Part shown: piece after piece, positions 30,441-48,955 of the stretch | How the letters are laid out: each line of letters opens with the position of its first letter | Numbering within the stretch: position 1 is the stretch's first letter | NCBI GenBank assembly: GCA_020137815.1 | Contig: CM035351.1 | Location: 9,238,001 to 9,302,000 of the forward strand | Reading direction: 5' to 3' | Source of the DNA: Hormiphora californensis | Lineage: Eukaryota; Animalia; Ctenophora | DNA: 64,000 nt | Notes under the pieces: model-generated | Databases searched by the model: none | Told to the model about the DNA's origin: nothing | Seen by the model: only the letters and a program-made list of their open reading frames with translations | Program-made: the position numbers and the translations under genes

Positions 30441-30737
30441 TATCTCACAGTTAGAGAGATTCGCAAGTAGAACAGAGGTAAGGGAGCTCTGACCAAATGT
30501 GATTTGGGTACTGATATGAAATATGTACCAAAACAAATCAGTGAAAAAAAAAGAGGATTGTGAAAGACAGTATTCGTCCGTTAAATCAAGTTTCAGTTTA
30601 AAGTCAAGGTTCAACTGTATCGTTGATGTCTCGCTATATCATTTTCCACGCCTGATGTTGGTCATTTATAGCCAGATATCACTTTAATCAAAAAAGTTTA
30701 AAAAAATTTGAAAATTAACAATCACATTAATAATCGT

Positions 30738-36317
<5,580 letters not shown>

Positions 36318-39026
36318 AGCAAGTCACACAGAGAGGGATGAGTATTGGTATATAATTATAGGCACGGAGGGAGTAAAGACAGCTGTACTATACGCGGCAA
36401 GCCCGTGTGTGTGTGAAAGTTCAGGACAATTGGCGAAAGAACACACATGCGATATAGGGATTGTGTCTCTCTACTGCTGTCTTTCTCTTCAGCTGTGTTT
36501 ATCACACCCTCTACTTCCCTCACCTCTCCCTCTTTCTCTCTTTCGTGTTTAACCCTCACGCTCCCCTATACTATATATGGCTCCTATTTGCAGCAGCTCT
36601 CTACTAAGTAAACATGTATTCAGCTTAAAAATAAAGGGGTGAAAAGAATGGAAAACAACAGTGTATGAACACATTCAATAATCTTTCAATACCATTCACA
36701 AAACAAAATAAGCTTATACATATATATATACAGAGAGAGGTTAAATACACTTATTTGAAACGTTATTGGAAAAGCAGTCGATTAACATATTATTTGTTTT
36801 CAAAATAGACTGGCAGAAGAAAAATTTCCATTAATAGAAAAAGCTTTTACCAATCACCAGTCATTTACAAAAAGGTCGTGGGTGTGTTATCTAGCTAGTG
36901 CTTACTCCGTGACCGTCATATTGGCCGGCCGCATAAAGCGTCCCCCAAGGCGGTGTCCACGACGTCCAAAAAATTGATAGCATCCAATGTCAGCGGACTG
37001 TGTCTTAGACATAAAGTGGAAATAATGTCAGAAAGAAGAATGAATCTTAAACAGGGCATAAAACAGGTTGATTTTGAATCAGATAGGCATGCAGTGTAGT
37101 GCAGTATAGCCAATAATTAGGAAACTCTTCCAATTAGCTGATCCAGCAGCTGATTGATGATCATTCCACCACCAGTAGCTGTTCGAATGTAGGATGTGAG
37201 ATGGTCCCCATTCACCAGTGTCAAAAGGAATATTAGTACGGAGAAGACAAAATGAAAGGAAGAAAAGTATATGTGAACACAGTTAATTAATGGCAGTGAT
37301 CTTGGGATTATATTATGTGTAACGGTAGTAACTCGCTTAGTTAGAGGGTTCACAGGCAATACTGTTAGAATTGATGAAGTGAGATACGAGTAATGAACTA
37401 TTACAGCAGTTTGTTATAGTTCACTTGAATACGCGATATTATATAGCGATTAGATTGTGAATACATCTAATCTCAATCTAATCCATCTTCATGTTATATT
37501 ATTTAGCATGTTTAAAGCAGCATGAAGTAGTTGTTACCATACATTTGCAGTAATCCCTGAAGCTGAATTCCTCCCTCCTCCGCCTATCCTGGTATATCCC
37601 TAGAAGTGCCGCCTCCTTCTCCAATCCAAATATCTCTGTGAAGTGAAGCCGGTTGTACTTTTTCTTGCCCAGTATTCCTAAACTCATATCACACCTCTCC
37701 TTGTTTAGACTGATTCATAGGTATTCCACCTGATATTTATAGACGATTTAGTTTTCAAATTAAATATTTATAGACGATTTAGTTTTCAAAACTAATATAA
37801 ATTGAGTCGAAGGCGTGTTTAGTTATTTATTACTAAATATGGATGTCAAACGAAAAGGCAACTAGAAATAGAAGTCTATATATCCAACACTTATTGCAGG
37901 GGTTTTAGAAAGGAATGTTTAATGTTATAGGATAGTTCAAATATGTGTTCCTATAATTGCGGTATGCCTTGTTTATTGCTCAGGGGTGTGGTGTGTTGGG
38001 TGATAATAGAAGCTGCGACGAAGCAACAACGACGACTTGATATATCTCTATGTGTGCAGTGGGGGCCCCTTCAATTAGTAATTACAAGACACACACACAC
38101 ACCATCATCAACTTGATATAGTGATTCGTGGGGCGGCGTGTATAATCATATACTACACACAGTTGTGACATTTCAAGCTACAATCATCGTGTGCTAGGAC
38201 ACATACAAGCTGATAATTAGAAACATGAGCGACTGCTAGCTGGAAAAAGAAGTGTGACTATATAATATATAGATTGAACCCCCGTATAACATCGTTTGAT
38301 ATGATAATTATCAGCTGGTATAGTGATGGTATAATGATGGTAATTACTGCAGCAGCATGAATGCACTGGTAATTATATCGTGAATACTAGAATGTACCTA
38401 CTAATTAGATGATGCCTCCAGCGGCAGTTTAACACGGTATAAAATCCAATAATTTTATATCGTGCTAAAAGTAAACCATGTCTGGATGGAGATCATTATA
38501 TGCATGGTATAATTCGACAATCGGCATTATATTATTCCCGTGGTTGCTATTATACTAGACTAGATAGGATATTATGACGATAGTATCGTCGACTAGTACC
38601 TGATCCCACTAGGCATGGGTCATTATACCTTGGGCTGGTCCAAAATGCGAGCCTTCAGAACGGAGATTAAACTATCGGCACGAGATCAAAACACTAAAAC
38701 AGAGATCAGATGATAATGGCCTGGGGAAAACACCATGCGGCAGAACTAATTGTGTGGGGAGAGATAATGATAGATGCAGCAGCTATCTCTATGTTGTGTG
38801 GGTAATGACACGTTCTACCATGATCCGCTGTAATTATCAACAGATAATTACTTCACCTAGCTGGCAAAACGATAATCAGTCAACATGCTCAAGGCACAAT
38901 TCAATCCCAAATCAATCAACTACTGAAATTGGTAGCGATTCAAAACAAACTGGTCGCCATTTTGACTACTACTGCAAATTCTACAACGCACCCTAGCAAC
39001 AATTTGCAATTTTCCAAAACATATAA

Positions 39027-39935
39027 GGTCATCCAGTATTGATTGTCGTTGGGCTTTTACGGGAAAAATGGTTTGAGATATAGCAAAATAGACTTCACCA
39101 CTGTTTTTCTAACTCGATTTTGGATCGGAATACAATGCCTGATATTGGAATATGGTTGTTCTCGGTTCCCACCAGGCAATTTTCTCTACCCCACTCTTGT
39201 TGCCGCTGCATATGGAAAATTGCAATTTTCGAGTTTAAGAACTAAAGCTGCTGTACTTCTTAAAAATGGTACCTGAGTGATGTTTTGTTGCATCAAGCTT
39301 GTTCATTGGACAATTATCTATCGTTTCAGATGCAATAAAACATCCTATTTTTGTTTTTTCACTGAGCAATTGGCCTCCAAAAATGTTTGGTAAAAATTAG
39401 AAACTTTCACTTCCGGGTCTCATCAGGATTGGCTTATAATCAAAAACTCAGCAGTAAACGATAGTTCTTAGTAAGTTCTAAGACATAGTGAAGCCAATTA
39501 TGTAGTTTGTTGACTTGGAAATTGACTAATTGATGTTTTCGAACAAACCCCCAAAACGGGCCAGTTTTTTGTTCACTTTTTTGCTTTTTTGTGTAACATT
39601 TACTGCTCTAGAGGTTATTAATGAACTCGCAGAGACTTAAATCGCATATATAAATCATCCTTGGACGATTTGCTATCGATTAAGCACCGTGGGAGCTTAA
39701 AAGAATGTACTAGTTTTCCTAGAGACTCGTTTTAAAAAGGTTGGTAACCCCGTGCAGCGGCAACAAGAGTGGGGTAGAGAAAATACCCTGCTGGGAACTG
39801 ATAACAACCACATACCGATATCAGACATTGTATTCCGATCCAAAATCGAGTAAGAAAAACGGTGGTGAAGTCCATTTTGGTCTATCTCAAACCATTTTCC
39901 TATAAACGCCCAACGACAATCAATACTGGATGACC
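39027..39935. mobile_element. PIF/Harbinger-like non-autonomous element
   Basis: ~185-bp imperfect TIRs, GGTCATCCAGTATTGATTGTCG...CGACAATCAATACTGGATGACC; TAA at 39024-39026 and 39936-39938. Confidence 0.8.
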
Positions 39936-41794
39936 TAATATGTGACATGCAATCATGGGTATATCGATATGTTTTGTTCACGGGAACAATAGGCTGCAAT
40001 GATATCAAGGCTACCACAATATAGAATTAGACATGCTTCTTAATATTAAAGTTGTATTGTGCTGATCAACATGTTGACCATAGTTGGGGTACTGTTCATT
40101 AAATCGAGAATCTGTAATGACATGAGCAGTCTGCATATAATATTAGATTAAAATAGGGCACATGTGTATGGTACACATAATACCCATATATAATTCTCAA
40201 GAGATCACTAGTTGCTGAATAATTAATACATGTTAGGATTCGTGTCGTCAGATTAGACACAAGGAGAGATCGGTATACCAGCTAGGCGGGGTACCCATGC
40301 TACAGCTGCATATATAATTCTGAATTCTATGTGTAGAATATTCTTGTATTATCATTACCACCCCCATTGGTCCTTGGCACACCTCAGAGATCACCTATAT
40401 AATAACAATATAATAATAACAACAATATGCTGTTTGTAGAAACTGAAAAAAGGTAGAAAGGTGCAGGAAGAAAGGGGAAAGAAAGCAACCCTTTTCACCT
40501 GATCACGGGGGATGTATGATATATCACCCATCTGCACAGCATTCTAAACGGACACAATGGGATCAGTAACAGTATAACAATGACGATCAGCTATAATGTC
40601 CCTGTATAACAGTGCCGAGCGATAAGTAACAGGCACCTGGCACTAGTATGATGTACCCTCTCCCAACCCCCCCCCCCCCCCCCCCTAATTCCCTAGTCAG
40701 AATATATCTTCAATGCTAACAAAATAAAATGTCAGACAATCCCCCTAAACTACTTAACAAAGAGCGAGCCAACAGAAGGTGCATATTGTTACCAGACAGA
40801 GCTGGTTTACCAAGCCCCCCCCCCCCTCTTGTAATAGGTATGTACCACCCTGTCCTTCGCGGAAAATGAATATTCATGAACTTCTTACACCATGTGCTTG
40901 TATAGTAACAAAACTGGCATTCTGAGACATTCAACTGGTTCAACTGCAATGATTGAGCAAGTGGAAATCAGACAACAAAAGGCACTGTCTATTGATTGAG
41001 ACTTTGGGATGGGTTCCAATATAGGAGAGTGTAGGTTAGAATTATAGCGGTGTATCTTATCATTAGCCCAACTGTGCAACTCTCTCATAAACAGGTTGCA
41101 GCATATTCAGTATGAGAACCTATTTGTGGGAGAGAAACCTATTTGTGAGATAAAGAGAGAGACTGAGAGATAGAGTGAGAGAGAAAAAGAAAGATAGAGA
41201 GAGATAGAGAGAATTGAGCGTTTGAGAAAAATATGTCACAGTATAGTGGGTATAAGGTGTAAAGTGTGTACTAACATCATACATTATTGGAGCATAATAT
41301 GTGCTCTCCTTCCATCGAAAAGTATACTAAAATATATAATTGCATACTACATCCCACAATGCAAATAGTTTTATGGACTTGTAAAAGAGTTAATTCTTAA
41401 GAAATTAACTTATCTTTTTTCGTTCTACAGCTTTTCTATCTTTTCAAACGTGCGACTGCATGCACCATCTTGCTATCGTCAGAGCCACCACGAAGAATGG
41501 TACACAACGTGTTGAAGTAGTCACAGCATTATAACAGCCAGCAGGGGCATGAATGAACAACAAAACTAGCACATGTACAAATGTTCGATATACACCTCTA
41601 ACTGTACTGTGAAGGATCACTGCTGAATACCAACCAACCTACATTCTCTCACAGTAACACGTCCGATCTATATGTATTTTTTGGAGAGTCACCTAGCGGC
41701 TAGCTGGCCCATAATGGCCCCCTTTTCCTGGACTATCTGCAGTCCAACCGTTTGCCGTTATTCTGTATGAAAGAAGGGAGAGGGAAAAAGAGTG

Positions 41795-41863
<69 letters not shown>

Positions 41864-42030
41864 CATATGTACATTGTTATATTTACCCGTATGTACATTG
41901 TTCTACCTACCCTACCTTTACTCCGCAGGCCCTCCGGGCCCTCAGATCCAACAGGATCCGGGTCCGGGGGATTTAACCCTGCTCTCGCATGGGGCCTCAC
42001 GGCCCCATGTGGGAGTGGTGCGTGTAGTGG

Positions 42031-42078
<48 letters not shown>

Positions 42079-42784
42079 CAGCTTAGTAGTTACGGTGCCA
42101 CCGGCCACGTGTTTTTACCTATCCTATGATCGCTCTCTTTTTTTGTTTTCTCATATCCGCTCTCTATACTCTCTCGCTCTCTCTCTTTCTCTCTCACTCT
42201 ACTCGCTCTGACACTCTCACGCTCTCTATCCCACTCTACCTATTATTATATATATCTCTTTCTATGTTATGTGACCTGGTCTTTGTCCGTCACATTGCAT
42301 TGGTCTTTTCCCTAGTAATTCCCCATACAAACACAGGAGAAAGGGGCAACGTTTCACCCTGACCCCCCCCCTATAATATCATCGGACATGCACTCTGTGC
42401 ATATAAACTGATCAAGGATATTTATTATTTACTGGAATAGGTAATACGTGCCAACATGACAAGATATAGCACTAGATGCTTATGATTTATGTTAAATGCT
42501 CTCTATATCACACTATGATACATTATAGATGATATTAGTAGGTATTGTATTAATATTAGTACAAATATTAGTACAAATATTATATGATGATCCTTGCTGG
42601 AGATGCTACTATGATAGAGTGCCTAACAATAACCACCAAATATAATGCTACTCCCTGATGTAATTGTATTACACGTGATACACACACACAAACACACCTA
42701 ACATCAGTTGAAGGCAATCCTTGGTGCACGGGTACTGTCGTAGATATCTCCTCCAATACCTCCTCACTATCCCCATGGTGTGGT

Positions 42785-43130
42785 GATCCCACTAGCTGTG
42801 TGGTGTTCCTGATCCCACTAGCTGTGTGGTGTTCCTGATCCCACTAGCTGTGTGGTGTTCCTGATCCCACTAGATGTGTGGTGTTCCTGATCCCACTAGA
42901 TGTGTGGTGTTCCTGATCCCACTAGATGTGTGGTGTTCCTGATCCCACTAGCTGTGTGGTGTTCCTGATCCCACTAGCTGTGTGGTGTTCCTGATCCCAC
43001 TAGCTGTGTGGTGTTCCTGATCCCACTAGCCGTGTGGTGTTCCTGATCCCACTAGCTGTGTGGTGTTCCTGATCCCACTAGATGTGTGGTGTTCCTGATC
43101 CCTCTGATCTAGCTGTATGGTGTTCCTGAT
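42785..43130. repeat. 26-bp minisatellite (~13 copies)
   Basis: Unit CCCACTAG(C/A)TGTGTGGTGTTCCTGAT, head-to-tail with no spacers. Confidence 0.96.
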
Positions 43131-43656
43131 CGTGCTATGTAGCTGGTATATCTTCCAGGGGGTCCAAGGTATAGTGTTGATATCCCAGCACTTTTGGTTG
43201 TTCAAGAACCCATCAAGAAATACAGATGTACAGTTACACAAGCAACACAAATAGAAAGTTTCAATGTGTGCGGTGTTGGTAATTGCTATAACTGCTAATT
43301 AGTACCTAAAATGTATAGAAAAAGGAATCAAACTGCTTGCAGGCTCACAGAGATGGAATTTACAATTTTACATCAACCACGTTTTTAGTTTGTTGTAATC
43401 AACATCATGATGTTTCAAAAATTCAATTTCAAATCATAATTCAGTTATCTGCATGGCGGTTACTAGGAAAAGAGGACCCTGGTCTTCCATTGATATGAAA
43501 CTAACAGTTAGTTCTAACTTAGAAACTTACAGATTCTCTTGACGGTTTTCTTTTCGATACTGGGGTTGGGAGGTTCATGTCCGTTAGCCACAATACCATC
43601 CTCATCAGCTTCTACAGTGTGATTCTTTAACATGGGTGCATCCACACCTCCTGGAT

Positions 43657-43975
43657 AGGGGTGCAGGGGATTAGGGAAGGTTAGATGGGGTGGAGGGGAG
43701 GAAAAGAAGTTAGGGATGCTGGGAGGATTATGGGAGGTGAGGGGATTAGGGGAGGTGAGGGGATTATGGGAGGTGAGGTGAGGTGAGGTGAGGTGAGGTG
43801 AGGTGAGGTGAGGTGAGGTGAGGTGAGGTGAGGTGAGGTGAGGTGAGGTGAGGGGATATTAGGGGAGGAGAAGAAGTTAGGGATGTTGGAGGGGATTAGG
43901 GGAGGTGAGGTGAGGTGAGGGGATTAGGGGAGTTGTGGAGATTAGGGAAGGTGAGGGGATTAGGGGAGGTGAGAG
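43657..43975. repeat. G-rich low-complexity tract with a (GGTGA)n core and GGGGATTAGGG units
   Basis: Directly visible. Confidence 0.9.
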
Positions 43976-44910
43976 ATGGAGGAGATTGATTCTTGGTGAT
44001 TATGTTAATTTTATACTCACAGTCAATTCTCGTGGGAATGGAAAGAGTAACGGAACTGGGTACAAGCCTGTTTAGTACATGTTTTTGGAAACTACAGTTA
44101 AACACAATAATAGTTCATTAAATAACTTATGATTTTCAGACCGGTATGTGGGGGTTGGGTATTAAAAACTGCATTAGCACACAAAAGCCGAGAAGGATCG
44201 AGAAACACAAATCGAAGCCTTTGAGGGAAAGATGATGATCGTTGTAACTCTGGGTCCTACCAGCCTCTAGGACGAAATGAAAGATTGATGGAGACTGAGC
44301 CAAGAGAGAGATAGAGGGGAAATGGGGAGAGAGAATGGGAGAAATGGGGGCGGGGGAGGACTGGAGACGGTCTGCTCTTACGTAAAGAGATGTAGATAAC
44401 GTTTAGATGTCTATCTCTTGGTGCAATTTATAATATCCAGCAAGGAACAATAGTGAGACAAAAGTTGGAGATCATGACCTCCAGTTAGTGCTAGGTTCTT
44501 GCAAGTTCTGAGGGAGTCAGTCGAGTGTGAACTAAAAAAGTGTGCCTTGAACTTTCAAATTATAAAAACACAACAAAGGTAACATGATATGCAGGGGAAT
44601 GGGGACATATTGTAACCGGCCCGTAATTACGAAGCCTTTTTTCTATAGGACGGTTATTATCATGGACTGGCATTATGAGGCGATTACAAATTTGAATTTA
44701 ACGGGAGGTTATAGGGGCTCACAACCCCAGTTCTATTCTACATTGGTACGGGTGTTGTCATTTGAGAGACCAGTCCACTGCCAGTTTCATACCTGTCTCT
44801 TCATAGGTTCCGTTGTCCTCTACCATCTTCCCACGTCACATTCCTACACTTCAGATAATATCATGGTTGTCAAGATTCTGGTTCAACTAATTAAATATAA
44901 CAGTTCAAAA

Positions 44911-45786
44911 CAGTGGCGTAGCCAGAGTTTTGAGCATGGTAGTGCATTAAGAATTTGAAGTAGTGCACGGAAGATTTTACCGATTTTTAACAATCTGAGA
45001 GCAATTTGAAACAATATGAAGAAGGCACATCCCCCACGGGCAGGGACCTGGGTCCAGGGATTGTAAGCCCTGGTGGGGTCGTGGGGCGAAGCCCCCGGAA
45101 ATTTTTCCTGATTTTTGTCAATTTTGACAATCTGAGATCAATTTGAAAACAATAATTCAGGCAATATGACTGAGCAAAGCACCCACGAGCAGGGTCCAAG
45201 GATTGCAAGTCCTGGGCGTGGGGCGAAGCCCCCGGAAATTTTTCCCGATTTTTGTCAATTTTGACAATCTGAGAGCAATTTCAAAACAATAATTCAAACG
45301 ACATGAAGGAGGCAAAGCAGGGTCCAGGGACTGCAAGTCCTGGTGGAAGCATGGGGCGAAGCCCGGAGCCCCCCAGAAATTTTTTCCAATTTTTGTCAAT
45401 TTTGACAATCTGAGAGCATTTTGAACACAATCACGCAAACTAAGAAGGGTAATACACCATGGATAGCACAATCCTGGCAATTGGGTGTTGTGCTGTTATC
45501 CCATCGAGACATGGAACGCATGGTACTGGCGATTGCTCTCTACTATGTCACCTGAACCCCTCTCTTTTCTCGATCTTTGTGCTTTATCTCTATTTGTTTG
45601 GGATTCAGTGTCGTACATTACATCTCAAACGCTAATTTCAAGTTTATATCCTACCCAACTTCGAAGTAGTGCAATTTTGATGAAAATTTAGGCGTGGTAG
45701 TGCAAATCACGAAAATTTGAGGTAGTGCAGTTGGGAGCGCTCAGGTAGTGCAATGCACGTTTGCACATACCCTGGCTACGCCACTG
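44911..45786. mobile_element. hAT-like non-autonomous element with internal ~130-bp tandem repeats
   Basis: 15-bp TIR CAGTGGCGTAGCCAG; 8-bp TSD GTTCAAAA (44903-44910, 45787-45794). Confidence 0.9.
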
Positions 45787-47838
45787 GTTCAAAATCGACA
45801 AACAGGGAGATTGGGTAGTAACTATTACATATAAAGAAATGGAATTGGAAACACCCATTATATGATATAACTCACAGTAGAAATACATGTAGCAAACCTA
45901 TTATAATAGCTATAATAACTGTGAATTAGATAATACCTGAAGTGCAGACCTCACTAAATACACTGAAATCACTGAATGAGAGAGATTGCAGAGTGAGCGG
46001 TACTTGGTTAATTTCCCATTTTACTAGACTTCATCAAATCAGCTGGGGTATTGACCACCTTGTGTATTTATAGATAATTGCGCTCACACCCTGCTGGCAC
46101 ACCCACAATAACGATAGTAAAAGGGAGAGAGAGAGAGAGACATATTATGTCTCACGTAACGATATGAAAAGAATGAAAGAAGACAAAAAGTGTTGCAGAA
46201 GCCAGGTCTAATTTTCTCAGCACTTTTTTTTCTTGACCCAAAATTGAAAACTTTTTTGTGTTGCTTCAGAGATTCATGAGATAATTGTGGTAAATTCAAT
46301 TGGACAATACAACGGTTTAGAAAAAACGTGTAAACGGCGCTTATGTATTTAGGACACGAGTAGAAATACTTAAAATTCCACTAAATTAGTGGCTAATTCT
46401 TCTCACTGTTGTCTCTGTTTCTTTTCATACTTCATACTTTTCTAACTCTTACAGAAATCTCAATATGATGCTACTGCCAAGAAAATTTGAGTACAGCTTC
46501 GATGTATAATTATGAGTCAGAGTGTGGTAAAAACATGAATTAGGAATGGCTTCAAAGCTGGAAAACTTAGAGAAACCTTTTTTAGTTTCTCTCTACAGAC
46601 ATGTTTCTTTACTTAGTGCAGTAGTCACAGTGATAATGTGTAAATCAATGGACACGTTCAAATATGTAACAATTGTTTTGTTAAAGAATGCACATGGGGA
46701 GTGGGAGTGGGGACCATTGATCAAACCCGCACAGAAGGAGAGGAAGCTCAACTAAATAACTTTACCTAATACTAATGTATGGGAAATAGCTGGAGTGATT
46801 ATTTAGTTGTACACGCATACATAACAGATGGCATAAAGGGGGCGTGATGATGTGCCCCCTGCGGCCTGCGGTGGGTGGAGGGAGGTGGTGGCACTAAATT
46901 ATCGGTCCGCTCCACGATACCATATTATCACCCAATCTTATGGGACGCTCCAACCGTGACCCACAACAAGACTGTAGTTGGAAGGGTGACCAGAGTAGGG
47001 AGTTGAGACCTATAACTAGAATTGGAAGGGTTACTTTAGATCATGTTGTTTACCTGGAGTTCCGTCTGTGGAAATTATATAGGACCCGGACTATACTAAT
47101 TGTCAATGTTCACTGGTCTAGAGCACGACATCCCGTCTAGGAGTAAGGAGCTGAGTCAGGGGTGGTGGGTGCGGGGGAGGGTTTGAACTTTAACTGATTG
47201 ATTTACGTTCTAACCCCATGTTTCACTTCAGATGGTGTCAATATCAAGAGGCCGAGGAGTGATAGTTACTGCAGCTCATGTGAATCGGAGAATATTCAGA
47301 AGAAACAAAAGGATCAGTCTTCCTGGAGTGTGCAGTACGGAATCATATGGGTTTATTCTGTTTCAGACTTTCTAATATCTATATCTTTTTATATCAGTGT
47401 CGCTAAAATCACTTAGAGATTGTGTGAGCAGTAGTAGGGTAAATCAACCTGGACTATCCGCAAGTTTGGAGATTTTATATTTTTGAAATATACATATGTG
47501 ATAATTGATCGCAGGATAAGGATCCCCATAAGGATCAGTTATCTAATATAACAATCGTTATGGTCCTCAAAGGGTTAAGTTGTTAACTAAATGTCACCAT
47601 CAGGTCGAACGCGTACGCTACTTCTGTCAGGCCAATGCTCTGACAGCGCTACTTCGTATTCCATTTCAATATGCTGAGAATAAAGTGAATAAAGCGGCAT
47701 CATGCAAGGTGTCAGTTGCAGTAAGGGCTACCCATATGTCAATTAATGTTTTATGTCACCAATGTTCTTGTTAAAAAGTTCTGCAGATCTGAGTTGGACC
47801 ACAATAAATTTTATCGGACATAATTTTCAAGTTCATAT

Positions 47839-48400
47839 CAGTCGAACCTCGAATCTCGATTTACCGGACCAGTAAATGTCCCCCAGTACAACATTTTAAA
47901 TGTGAAATAAAATCTCTACTAACCGTGAATTTATCAGTCGTCCGATAACTTATCGGGTAAGCGGTAAATTGGGTAAGCGGTAAATACTCACTCGGTTCTT
48001 CACATTTTTTGGACGTTTTTGACCATAACTCAGCCATTTCTTGACCAATTTGCAAAATTTTGGACCCATTGAAAAGAGGACATTGTGATCTTTGAAATGA
48101 ATTTTCATTTTTTGAGCTCATTTGAAAGATCACAATGTCCTCTTTTCAATGGGTCCAAAATTTTGCAAATTGGTCAAGAAATGGCTGAGTTATGGTAAAA
48201 AACGTCCAAACAAGAATAACTGTATTATGTTTCATAAGTCCGATTTTTAATAAAGCGAACCGCTTGCGTGCAAAAACTTTCCGCGCACCATGCGCGGAAA
48301 GTTTTTGCAAAAGGCATCAGTGTGAATGCCTTCGGCATTCACCCAGGCGGGGAAAAAATGTGAAGAATCGAGAGAGTATTTACCGCTTACCAGTAAATTG
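47839..48400. mobile_element. Composite MITE debris: pogo/Tc1-like left end, ~80-bp-arm hairpin (48008-48210) and a fragment of the 7921 family
   Basis: CAGTCGAACCTCG start; 47972-48010 is inverted to 48353-48390; near-perfect inner inverted repeat. Confidence 0.65.
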
Positions 48401-48955
48401 AGAATTCACTAATTTCTTGTAAAGACCAGTTCTGCAGAATCAGTTAAGACACAGAATCAGAATGGTTAGTTCGAATGAGCTTTGACAGATGGCTAGTCAC
48501 CAGCCTGACACATTTCTTGCGAGTGATGAGTACAATGTCAGACAGATTTCATGACACCTTGCAAACTTGCACGTATTTGAGACACGTGTATAAGTTATTC
48601 AATAGCTTTTAAAGCAAATGTTTGGTGTGTACGGCACACAATCGTGGGTGAACATTTTGCAGTGTGTACCCACCATTTGTTGAACATAGCAAACACACAT
48701 TGGCCTGCCATGGCAGACAAGATAAAAGAGCTAGAGTGTTTGTGTCAGTTTTATTGTGTTACTTTTAACATCTTTCTCGAATTTAGAGGAAGGTGTTCTA
48801 ACTATTTCCAGACACCCTTATACGATGTGTTTAGCTCTTGTTTGTGTCCTAATGGGTGTTTAGATAACACTTGTAGGGTACTGGGGATTACTACAAACGT
48901 CTTCTGAAAGTACAGACCTTTTAAACGCCCGATTCACGTCACAACTACTACTTGA

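Noticed and set aside
36900-37730. Short minus-strand ORFs that might be a decayed gene
   Set aside because: Interrupted by stops, no consistent splice model or family motif.
42785-43130. CRISPR-like regular 24-36-bp repeats (also 12051, 33399, 34755)
   Set aside because: Head-to-tail units with no unique spacers, no cas genes, eukaryotic context: minisatellites.
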